Position numbers and translations under genes: made by a program
Shown: in pieces, positions 50,768 through 60,000 of the stretch
Numbering within the stretch: the stretch's first letter is position 1
How the letters are laid out: each line of letters begins with the position of its first letter
Notes under the pieces: model-generated
What the model was told of the DNA's origin: nothing
Databases searched by the model: none
What the model saw: the letters and a program-made list of their open reading frames with translations, nothing else
Assembly (NCBI GenBank): GCA_963702005.1
Contig: OY969696.1
Location: 4,245,362 to 4,309,361, forward strand
Reading direction: 5' to 3'
DNA length: 64,000 bases
Source: Candidatus Aminicenantes bacterium
GTDB lineage: Bacteria; Acidobacteriota; Aminicenantia; Aminicenantales; JAFGBC01

Positions 50768-51471
50768 GCTTAGGAGCCCGCCTTCAGGGAGTCTTTTTCA
50801 GCCCCCAGCCGACCTTCAAGGACCTCGCCGAACGGCCGGTCTGGGTGGATGTCCTCGTCATCATTCTCATCCTGTTCGGCCTGTTCTCGTTCCTGGTCGC
50901 CCCCGCGGCCAACAAGGACACCCTCCAGACGATGAAGGACAACGTCAAGCTCCAGGAACGTCTCGGCAAGGATCGGTTCGACCAAATGATTTCGGGCCTC
51001 GAGAACACGACGCCGGCCCAGATGGCCCTCCGCTCCTTCCTGATCAATCCCTTGATGCTGCTGGTCGGGATCCTATTCTCGAGCCTGATCCTGCTCGTCT
51101 TCGGCCGCCTCGTCTCGACGGAGGGGCACTACAAGCAGGTCTTATCAGCCCTCGTCCACGTCAACCTCATCGACAAGGTCCTCGGGAACTGCATACGCCT
51201 GGCCCTGATCCTGACGCGAAAGTCCGTCTTCCAGACGACGACGAGCCTGGCCCTGCTCGCCCCGAAGCTCCCGGTGACGTCTCCCGGCTTCATCATTCTC
51301 AGCCAATTCGATTTCTTCCAGCTTTGGATGTTCGGCGTCCTGGGCTACGGCTTGGCCGCTATCTTCAAGATCCCCCTCAAAAAGGCCCTCATCATCTCTT
51401 ACCTCTTCTGGCTGCTCAAGGCCGTCATCTATGTGGCCGTGGGGCTGTTCTTCACCCGGATGATGGGATAA
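50764..51471 (+). CDS. Yip1-family membrane protein
   Basis: 'GVFFSP..TF..L...P.W' N-terminus and about 5 TM segments. Confidence 0.8.
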   Translation: MSLGARLQGVFFSPQPTFKDLAERPVWVDVLVIILILFGLFSFLVAPAANKDTLQTMKDNVKLQERLGKDRFDQMISGLENTTPAQMALRSFLINPLMLLVGILFSSLILLVFGRLVSTEGHYKQVLSALVHVNLIDKVLGNCIRLALILTRKSVFQTTTSLALLAPKLPVTSPGFIILSQFDFFQLWMFGVLGYGLAAIFKIPLKKALIISYLFWLLKAVIYVAVGLFFTRMMG

Positions 51472-51483
51472 AATGATAGGGGT

Positions 51484-52593
51484 ATGAAGGATGTTCCTCT
51501 GGCCGGGTCCCTCGGCGGACTCTCGGTCCCGCGTCTCCTGTTCAGCTTGGCGCAGTCCAAGCGGAGCGGACGTCTCTCCATAGCCGGCCCAGGAGAACCT
51601 CGCCCTCTCTACGTCGACCGCGGCCACCTCGTCCTGGACTCCGAGGCCGTACCGGACCGAGCTTTCCGGGACCGGCTCCTGGCAGCCGGCCTTCTCGACA
51701 ATCCCGCCCTGGAGGCCTGCGAAACGCAGGCCCGCGTCGAGGGCATACCGTTTCTCCGGACGCTGTTCGAAAAGGGCGGGGCCCGGCCCGAGGCCGCCTG
51801 GAATCTCCTCGAAGAAGAGTACAAGTCAAGGCTGTTCGCCCTGTTCGACGAGTCCTTCATTGATTACGATTTCGAGGCGGGCCAGGCCCCGCTCGAGGCC
51901 GACATCCTGTCCCTCCTTCCCATCCCGCCCCTTCTCCTCGAGGGGCTGCGACGAATGGCGAACGAAGGGCTCATCCGGAGCTCGTTGCCGCCCGCGACCG
52001 AAGTCATTCAAGTCCTCAGCTTATCCGTATCCGAGGCCGACCGGGTCGTCCTCGCCCCCCACGAGCGCTATCTCCTTCTCGCCATCGGCAAGGGCCGGAG
52101 CCTTGAAGAGCTCCGGCTCCAGAGCCGGCTCGGTCCGCGGGAAACGGACCGGACTCTTTTCCTGCTCCTCTGTCTGGGACTGGCCGGCCGGCCCGTGCCC
52201 AAGGATCCGGCCTGGTCGGGGCGCGAGCTGACTCCCTCCGAAATCGAACGGATGATGGCGGCCTTCCGCGACAAGTCGACCGCCATCTTCAAGTATATCT
52301 CCAAGGAGCTCGGCCCGTTCGCCCGGACCGTCCTGGGCAAGGCTCTGGAGGAGATCAAGCCGGCCCTGGGCCCGATGTTCGAGAGCATCGAACTCCTCGA
52401 GGACGGGACGATCGAATTCAAGTCCCCCCTCAAAATCAACATCAACCTTCTGACCAAGGACAGCCAGGCCGAGCTGGCCCGGGGTCTGACCGAGATCCTG
52501 AGCGCCCAGGTCCTCGCCGTTAAGAAATCCCTGGGAAACGACCATGAGGCCGCCCTGGTCAAGAACCTGGAGAAGGTCGGCGAATGGAACTGA
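51484..52593 (+). CDS. DUF4388-domain protein
   Basis: 'GSL..LSVPRLL..L....SGRL.I' N-terminus and 'LLLEGLRR'. Confidence 0.75.
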   Translation: MKDVPLAGSLGGLSVPRLLFSLAQSKRSGRLSIAGPGEPRPLYVDRGHLVLDSEAVPDRAFRDRLLAAGLLDNPALEACETQARVEGIPFLRTLFEKGGARPEAAWNLLEEEYKSRLFALFDESFIDYDFEAGQAPLEADILSLLPIPPLLLEGLRRMANEGLIRSSLPPATEVIQVLSLSVSEADRVVLAPHERYLLLAIGKGRSLEELRLQSRLGPRETDRTLFLLLCLGLAGRPVPKDPAWSGRELTPSEIERMMAAFRDKSTAIFKYISKELGPFARTVLGKALEEIKPALGPMFESIELLEDGTIEFKSPLKININLLTKDSQAELARGLTEILSAQVLAVKKSLGNDHEAALVKNLEKVGEWN

Positions 52594-52670
52594 GGCGGAA
52601 ACAGGTTCAGGCCCTCCTCATCGTCGTCAGCCTCCTCGCCTTGATCATCCTGGTCCAAATTGTCTGCTAA
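52584..52670 (+). CDS. Small single-pass membrane protein, 28 aa (not in the ORF track)
   Basis: MELRRKQVQALLIVVSLLALIILVQIVC*; GGAGAAGG upstream; overlaps both neighbours. Confidence 0.6.
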   Translation: MELRRKQVQALLIVVSLLALIILVQIVC

Positions 52671-53583
52671 AACGCGTCCCCTGGTCGTCCTCTGCGGCCC
52701 GACGGGCGTCGGCAAGAGCCGGACGGCCATCGCCCTGGCCCGCCGCATCGGCGGGGAAATCATCAACGCCGACTCCATGCAGGTCTACCGGGGATTCGAT
52801 ATCGGCACCGATAAGGTCCTCGTCGGAGACCGGCAGGGAATTCCCCATCATCTTATCGACATCGTCGAGGCGACGACCCAATTCACGGCCGCGGACTTTG
52901 TCCGGGAAGCCTTGGCGGCCGCCTCCGGGATCCTGGCGCGGGGAGCGATCCCCATTATCGTGGGCGGGACGGGGCTCTACTTGAAAGCCCTTCTCGACGG
53001 ACTCTTTCCCGGGCCGGGCCGCCTCCCCGGACTCAGGAGCCGGCTCGAGGCGGAAGCGGCTTCCGCCGGAATCGAATCCCTCTGGCTTCGGCTGAAGGCC
53101 GTAGACCCGGACTACGCCGCCAAGGTCGGTCGCCGGGACAGGATCCGGATCATCCGGGCCCTCGAGGTGTTCGAATCGACCCGAATCCCCTTTTCGCGCC
53201 ATTTTCCGGCGACGGAATCCCCGGTCAGGGGTTTTCTCGTGGTCCTGATTGGTTTACAATTGGAGAGGAGCCAGCTTGTCCGCCGAATCGAGGAGCGAGT
53301 CGACAGGATGTTTAGCGACGGCATTGTCGAAGAAGTGAAGGGCCTCATGGCCCGGGGGATCCCGGAAAACGCTCCGCCCTTCCACGCTTTGGGTTACAAG
53401 CGCGTCCTTGCCTGTTTGGGCGGCGCCCTGACGCTTTCCGAAGCCGTCGAGCTCACCAAGACGGACACCCGCCAGTACGCGAAGCGCCAAATGACCTGGT
53501 TCCGGAAAATGAAGGGGATCACCTGGTTCCCGGCCGCCGATTTCGAGGACCTCGCCCTCCATGTCGAAGCCCGGCTCAGCTGA
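52660..53583 (+). CDS. miaA: tRNA dimethylallyltransferase
   Basis: GPTGVGKS, DSMQVY, VGGTGLY, YAKRQMTWFR. Confidence 0.97.
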   Translation: MSAKTRPLVVLCGPTGVGKSRTAIALARRIGGEIINADSMQVYRGFDIGTDKVLVGDRQGIPHHLIDIVEATTQFTAADFVREALAAASGILARGAIPIIVGGTGLYLKALLDGLFPGPGRLPGLRSRLEAEAASAGIESLWLRLKAVDPDYAAKVGRRDRIRIIRALEVFESTRIPFSRHFPATESPVRGFLVVLIGLQLERSQLVRRIEERVDRMFSDGIVEEVKGLMARGIPENAPPFHALGYKRVLACLGGALTLSEAVELTKTDTRQYAKRQMTWFRKMKGITWFPAADFEDLALHVEARLS

Positions 53584-54847
53584 CGCCGAAAAGGCCATCC
53601 TGATCGGGGTGGCCGTCAACGCCCCGGAGAAGGCGGAGGTCGAAGACTCCCTCGCGGAACTGGCAGGCCTGGCGCGGGCGGCCGGGGCCGTCGTCCTCGA
53701 CCGGCTGTATCAGGTCCGTCCCCGGCTGAACCCTAAATATCTTATCGGGGAGGGCAAGGTCGAGGAGGTCGTCCGGCGCAAAGGGGATCTTGGCGCCGAC
53801 CTCGTCATCTTCGACCGGAGGCTGAGCCCGGTCCAGCAGCGGAGCCTCGAGGACCGGATCGGGGTCAAGGTCATCGACCGGACGCAGCTCATCCTGGACA
53901 TCTTCGCCCAGCGCGCCCGCTCCAACGAGGGCAAACTTCAGGTCGAGCTGGCCCAGCTCAGCTACCGGCTGCCCCGGCTGGTCGGGAAAGGGAAAGCCCT
54001 CTCCCAGCTCGGCGCCGGGATCGGAACTCGAGGCCCCGGCGAGAAAAAGCTCGAGGTCGACCGCCGCCGGATCACGGACCGGATCGCCAAGATCAAGAAG
54101 GACATCCGCAAGGTCCAGGAGCGGAGGGCCCGTCAGCGCCTGAGCCGCCTGAAGAGCCCCGTCCCCGTTGTGTCCCTGGTCGGCTACACGAACGCCGGAA
54201 AGACAACCCTTTTCAACCGCCTCTCCCAGGAACGGGCCTTTGTCTCGTCCCGCCTGTTCGCGACGCTGGACCCGGTCCTGCGCCGGGTCAGCTTCCCGGA
54301 CGGGGCCTACTTTTTTCTGAGCGATACGGTCGGATTCATCAAAAAGCTGCCGGTCGAGCTCGTCTCGGCCTTCCGGGGCACCCTGGAAGAGATCAGCGAG
54401 GCCGATGTTATCCTCCACGTCGTTGACTCCGCCTCGCCCCGCTCGGAAAGCCAGGAGGAGTCGGTCGCGGCCGTCCTGGAGGAAATCGGCGTTTACGACG
54501 TCCCTATCCTCAAGGTTTTCAACAAGATCGACCTCCTCCCCGACCGCCAGGAGCGGCTGGCCGTGAACGCGTCCTCCGGGACGCGGTCCGTGTCTGTATC
54601 GGCGCGAACGGGGGACGGAATCGCCGACCTCAAGGCCAAGGTCCGGGCTTTACTTTTTGGCCATCTCAAGATATTTTATTTACGGATCCCGAAGACCGAG
54701 GCGGCCCGCGCGGAGTCCCTGGCCAAGTGGACGCTGGTGCTGGCCCGCCAAGACCGCGGGGACGCTTTCGAGCTGAAGGTCCTGACGGACCCCCGGGCCA
54801 TCCTGGACTATATGCCCTATCTTCTGAGAGAGGAGCAGACGTGGTAA
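53561..54847 (+). CDS. hflX: GTPase HflX
   Basis: EGKLQVELAQL, GYTNAGKTT, LFATLD, DTVGFI, NKID. Confidence 0.97.
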   Translation: MSKPGSADAEKAILIGVAVNAPEKAEVEDSLAELAGLARAAGAVVLDRLYQVRPRLNPKYLIGEGKVEEVVRRKGDLGADLVIFDRRLSPVQQRSLEDRIGVKVIDRTQLILDIFAQRARSNEGKLQVELAQLSYRLPRLVGKGKALSQLGAGIGTRGPGEKKLEVDRRRITDRIAKIKKDIRKVQERRARQRLSRLKSPVPVVSLVGYTNAGKTTLFNRLSQERAFVSSRLFATLDPVLRRVSFPDGAYFFLSDTVGFIKKLPVELVSAFRGTLEEISEADVILHVVDSASPRSESQEESVAAVLEEIGVYDVPILKVFNKIDLLPDRQERLAVNASSGTRSVSVSARTGDGIADLKAKVRALLFGHLKIFYLRIPKTEAARAESLAKWTLVLARQDRGDAFELKVLTDPRAILDYMPYLLREEQTW

Positions 54848-56163
54848 AAAAGGTGACCCTGCTGGTTCCGCTGTGTCTTATCCTGTTTGCCTGCGCGACC
54901 GTGGAACCGCCGCCGCCCGCCCTCTATCTCGACAACCTGCCCCCGGCCCTGATCTCCTCGCTCTCGCTCGAGGAGCGGATCGCCGTCGAAGAAGCCTGGC
55001 GCGAGATCCGGCTCGGCCGCGCCGCCAAGGCCGAGAAGATGATCCTCCGCCTGGGGCCCGAAAGTCCCGTCTATTATGTCGGGCTGGGCTACATCCGGTT
55101 CCTGACCGAAGACCTGGCCGGCGCCGAGGAGAACTTCAAGCTCGCCCTGGAGAGCGCGCCCGACCTCGCCCCGGCCCGGCTCGGACTGGCCCAGGTCTAC
55201 CAGAAGAGCGAACGGGAGGAGGAGGCCTTCGGCCAGTACCAGGAGGCCCTCAAGGTCGAACCCGAAAATGCCTGGGCCAAGCAGGAGTATGAGCTCCTCC
55301 GGGATAAGAAGTTCCGCGAGTGCCGGGATACGGCTCAAGCCTACGCGGCCGAAGGGGATCAGGAACACGCCCGGGAGGCTTACCTCAAGGCCCTCTTCTT
55401 CGCCCCCGACTCGATCGAAACCCACTTGGCCCTGGCCGAGATCTATCGGTCCGAGGATCGAGCCGACGACGCCCTCGTCCACCTGAAAGCGGCCGTCGAC
55501 CTCGAGCCGGCCGACGCCCGGGTCCTCAAGGCCTATGCCGAGGCCCTTTTCCAGGCCGAGCAATATCAGCGCAGCCTCGACCTCTACGAGAAACTCGGAG
55601 AGATGGATCCCGCCGATAGGGACATCCAAACCCGGATCGAGAGCCTCAAGAACAAACTGGGAATCTTCGAGCTGCCCAGCCAGTACGAGACCATCTCCGG
55701 CGCGCCGCTTGTAACCCGCGAGGACCTAGCGGCCCTGGTCGGCGTCACGTTCAAGGATGTCCTGGAGACGCCCGCCGCCAAGCCTCCGATCATCGTCGAC
55801 ATCGCGACGTCTTGGGCGGCCAAGTTCATCATCCGGACGGCTTCGCTGGGGATCTTCGACGTCTATGCCAACCACGCTTTCGAGCCTAAGAAGGTGGTGA
55901 CCCGGGCCGAGATGGCCGAGATCCTCCTCAGGCTCGTCGATTACCTCAAAGGCCGCGGGATTAAGGTCATCCAATCGTTCCCGCCCGAAAAAATCCAAGT
56001 CTCGGATGTCCCCCTCGAGCACGTCTATTTCCAGCCCATCGTCCAAGTCCTGGCCTACCAGCTCATGGACCTCAGCGCCCAGAGGGCCTTCCGGCCCGAC
56101 CAAAGCGTATCCGGAGCCGAGGCCATCAAGGCGCTGGATATCTTGCTGGCCTTGATCCGATGA
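54841..56163 (+). CDS. TPR lipoprotein with C-terminal SLH-like motifs
   Basis: GTG start after GAGGAG; lipobox LFAC; TPRs; 'VTREDLA', 'FEPKKVVTRAEMA', 'FRPDQSVS.AEA'. Confidence 0.8.
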   Translation: MVKKVTLLVPLCLILFACATVEPPPPALYLDNLPPALISSLSLEERIAVEEAWREIRLGRAAKAEKMILRLGPESPVYYVGLGYIRFLTEDLAGAEENFKLALESAPDLAPARLGLAQVYQKSEREEEAFGQYQEALKVEPENAWAKQEYELLRDKKFRECRDTAQAYAAEGDQEHAREAYLKALFFAPDSIETHLALAEIYRSEDRADDALVHLKAAVDLEPADARVLKAYAEALFQAEQYQRSLDLYEKLGEMDPADRDIQTRIESLKNKLGIFELPSQYETISGAPLVTREDLAALVGVTFKDVLETPAAKPPIIVDIATSWAAKFIIRTASLGIFDVYANHAFEPKKVVTRAEMAEILLRLVDYLKGRGIKVIQSFPPEKIQVSDVPLEHVYFQPIVQVLAYQLMDLSAQRAFRPDQSVSGAEAIKALDILLALIR

Positions 56164-56782
56164 CGGCTCCGGCATCTCCCTCGTCGGGAAAGGATCGGGC
56201 TTCGAGCGGGGAAGGTCCTTCCCGATTCTGGAATATCCCCAATGTCCTAACGCTGCTGAGAATCGCCCTGATCCCGGTGTTCGCGGCGATGATGGTGGAG
56301 CGAAGGCCCAAGGCCGCTTTTCTTATTTTTCTGGCCGCCGGGATCACGGACGTCCTGGACGGTTTCGCGGCCAGGATTTGGCATCAGAGGACGAAGATCG
56401 GCTTCATCCTCGACCCGGCCGCCGACAAGCTCCTGATGACGGCCGCTTTTATCCTCCTCGCCCTCCCGTCGCTCTCCGGCCCCAATGTCCTTCCCCTCTG
56501 GCTGGTCCTGGTCGCTATCGGCCGCGACGTCGCCATCGTTCTGGCCGCTTATATTATGTACCGTCTGCGGGGCATCAAGGTTTTCCCCCCTCCCTTTTCG
56601 GGAAAGCCAGCACGGTCTGCCAGGTCCTGATGCTCTGGCTCGTCCTGCTCGCAAACGCCCTGGATGCGGCCGCGCCCAACTTGTTCTGGGTTTATATCCT
56701 GACGCTGGCCCTAGCCGTTATCTCGGGAGTCGATTACGCGATCAAAGGCTGGCGGAAGCTTTTTCCCATTCGCCATCGCTGA
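56160..56782 (+). CDS. CDP-alcohol phosphatidyltransferase (PgsA-like); frameshifted at ~56588
   Basis: NIPN.LT.LRI, TD.LDG..AR, G..LDP.ADK. The C-terminus GKASTV.Q...SG.DY is in another frame after a C6 run. Confidence 0.88.
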
Positions 56783-56793
56783 CCGCATAGGAC

Positions 56794-56896
56794 ACGGCCT
56801 TCTCCACCCCATCAGCATCACCTATCCCCTAAAAACCGGCGTGGCTGACCTCCACATGGTCGCTTCATTCCACTTTCAAATCCCTCTTCCAGAAAT
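56794..56896. repeat. Dispersed intergenic repeat, copy C
   Basis: ACGGCCTTCTCCACCCCATCAGCATC is identical to 33442-33467; 56847-56896 aligns without gaps to 33582-33631. Confidence 0.8.
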
Positions 56897-57053
56897 CACA
56901 TTAATGGAAATGCTATCGGAGGCGGTTGTTATATCTTAATGCCTATAATATAATATGTATTAATCACTTATTGCTTTTACCCGCCGATAGAGGAGCACAC
57001 ATACACATGGGTTGGAATCTCGAGGACCATTACGCGTCGCGGTGGCGCCGGCC

Positions 57054-60000
57054 TTGAAAGCGCTTCTCCGCTTGTTCGGCAGCCGCACTCCGCATCCGGC
57101 TGAGAAGCCCCTGCGCGACGAACTGCTGAGCATCGAAAGACTGGAAGAGAGGGCGAGAGCGCTCGCGGCCAGGTTCACGCTCGACCCGAACCCCCGCCGC
57201 GCGGCGCGGAACGTCCTGCCGCGCCTCGAGGACAACGCCCGCGTCCTTCGCGAGGCCTACCTCACCATGGCCGACGATGTGCACCGGGGGGAGTTCGTCA
57301 CCCCCGCGGCGGAGTGGCTCCTCGACAACTTCCATCTCGTGGCGTCCGAGGTCCTCGACGTGCGCCGGAACCTCCCGCCGGGCTACTATCGCGAGTTGCC
57401 CAAACTCGCTTTGCGGGAGCTCGCGGGCCACGCGCGCGTTTATGCCCTGGCCGAAGAGATCATCCGCCACAGCGACAGCCGGCTGGACCGGCCGCAGCTC
57501 GTTCGCTTCCTGAACAGCTTCCAGGCCGTAGCTCCGCTCACGATCGGCGAGCTGTGGGCCTGGCCGAGCATGTTGAAGCTGGCCCTCATCGAAAACCTGA
57601 GGCGCCTCGCGGAGGAGACGCTCGAAGCCCGCGAGGCCGTTCGCGCTGCCGACGCTTATGTGGCGCGGATCGACGCCGCCGGCCACGGGAAGCCGCCGCC
57701 GCTGCCAAAGCGCCTTCACACCGGTTACGTTCTTCAGCTCCTCCAACGTCTGCGCGAGTACGGCCCCCGCCTTTCCGCCGTCCGCGCCGCCGTCGACACA
57801 CACCTCTCCGCCCAACAGATGACCTCCGAGGACGCGATCCGGAGCGAGCATCAGCGCCAGGCCGCGGCCCAGGTCTCGATGACGAACGTCATCACCAGCC
57901 TCCGTCTCTGCTCCGCGCTCGACTGGAGCCAGTACTTCGAGGCCGTCAGCCTGGTCGAGCGCGTGTTGCAGCGCGACCCGGCCGGGGCCTACGGGAGCAT
58001 GGACTTCCTGAGCCGCGACCGCTACCGCCAGGCCGTGGAGGAGCTGTCCGAGCCCAGTGGAGAGGCGCAGTTGCAGGTGGCCCTGCGAGCGGTCGAGAGC
58101 GCTCGCCAGGCCGCAGAGAGCGGACAGGCGGCGGATCGCGACGCCCACGTCGGCCACTATCTCATCGGCAAGGGCCGCCCCGAGCTCGAGACCGACGTCG
58201 CCTATCGCCCCCGCTTCAGCCGGCGGGTACGGCGTTTCCTCTTCGCTCACGCGACCGCCGTCTACCTCGGATCGATCGGGCTCCTGACGGCCCTCCTGCT
58301 CGGCCTCGGACTCGCCTACCTCCATGATCAGCGCGCATCGCTCTGGGTTCGGGCCGCAGCGGCGCTGCTCCTGTTGCTTCCGGCCAGCGAGGTGGCGATC
58401 GCCTTCGTGCAGCGCCTGTCCTCTCGTTGGGCGCCGCCGCGACGCCTCCCCCGCCTCGAATTCCCCGCGGGAATCCCCGACAACGCGCGAACCATGGTGG
58501 TCGTGCCCACGCTGCTGGCGAGCGTGCCGGCCGTGGCCCGGCTTATCGAGCACATCGAGGTGCTGGCTCTCGGAAACCTCGATCCGCGCATCCACTTCGC
58601 GATCCTCAGCGACTTCGTCGACGCCCCCGCGCGCGAGATGCCCGAGGACGAAGCGATCCTCTCCGCCGCCCGGGCGGGGATCGATGCCCTGAACGCGCGC
58701 TTCGGCGAAGGTCATACGGACCGGTTCTTTCTGTTCCATCGCGTGCGCCAGTGGAACCCGGGGGAGAGCGTCTGGATGGGCTGGGAGCGCAAACGGGGAA
58801 AACTCGAGGAATGGAACCGCCTTCTGCGCGGGGCCACGGACACGAGCTTCTCCGTGCAGGTCGGCGACGTCGGGATCCTCCCCGGCGTGCGCTACTGCCT
58901 CACTCTCGACTCCGACACCCGCCTGCCGCGGGACGCCGCGAAGAAGCTCGTCGGCATCATCGCCCACCCTTTGAACCGCCCCCGCTTCGACGTCCGCCTC
59001 GGCCGCGTCACCGAGGGCTATGGGATCCTGCAGCCCCGGGTCAGCGTGACCATGGCCAGCGCCGCCGGCTCGCTCTTCGCCCGCCTCTACGCCGGCCACA
59101 CCGGAGTCGATCCCTACACCACCGCCGTTTCGGACACCTATCAGGATCTGTTCGGCGAGGGGATTTTCACGGGCAAGGGGCTCTACGACGTGGACGCGTT
59201 CATGGCCGCCCTCGAGGGGCGCGTGCCCGAGAACGCCCTTCTCTCGCATGACCTCTTTGAAGGGGTCTACGCCCGCACGGCGCTCGTCACGGACGTGGAG
59301 GTGGTGGACGACTATCCCGCGAGCGTCCTCGCCCATGCGCGCCGCCAGCACCGCTGGGTGCGGGGCGATTGGCAGATTCTCCGCTGGCTGTTTCCTTGGG
59401 TTCCAACCCGCTCCGGTCTGAAGCGCAACCGGCTGCCCCTCATCTCGCGCTGGAAGATATTCGACAACCTGAGGCGCAGCCTCATGCCTCCCTCGACCGT
59501 CGCCCTGCTCCTTCTGGCCTGGGCGATCCTGCCGGGAAGCCCGGCGGTCTGGACGGCCGCCATCCTGGCCGCCATGGCCTTTCCCCTTTATCCGCTGCTC
59601 CTGGAGGCCGCCGCGGGTCCCAGGCCGCAACAGCCGTGGCCGGTGTTCCTCCGCGCCGCTTGGAAAGACGGAAAGACCGTGCTCGCTCAGGTATCGCTGC
59701 AGCTCACCTTCCTGGCCAGCCAGGCTTACGAGAGGACCCACGCGATCGTGCTGACCCTCGTCCGTCTCGCGGCGACCCAGCGCCGTCTGCTGGAGTGGGA
59801 GACAGCCGCGGCCAGCGAAGCCCGAGGGGCCGGCAAGGCAAGGCGAACGAGCGCGCTCCTGTTCCTGGTAGAGATGATCGCGAGCCCGCTGGTCGCGACG
59901 AGCGGCCTCCTCCTGGTCTCGCTGGCACGCCCGGGCGCGCTCCTCACGGCCATCCCGGTCCTGGCTTTGTGGGCGGCCGCGCCGCTGATCGCATATGCGC

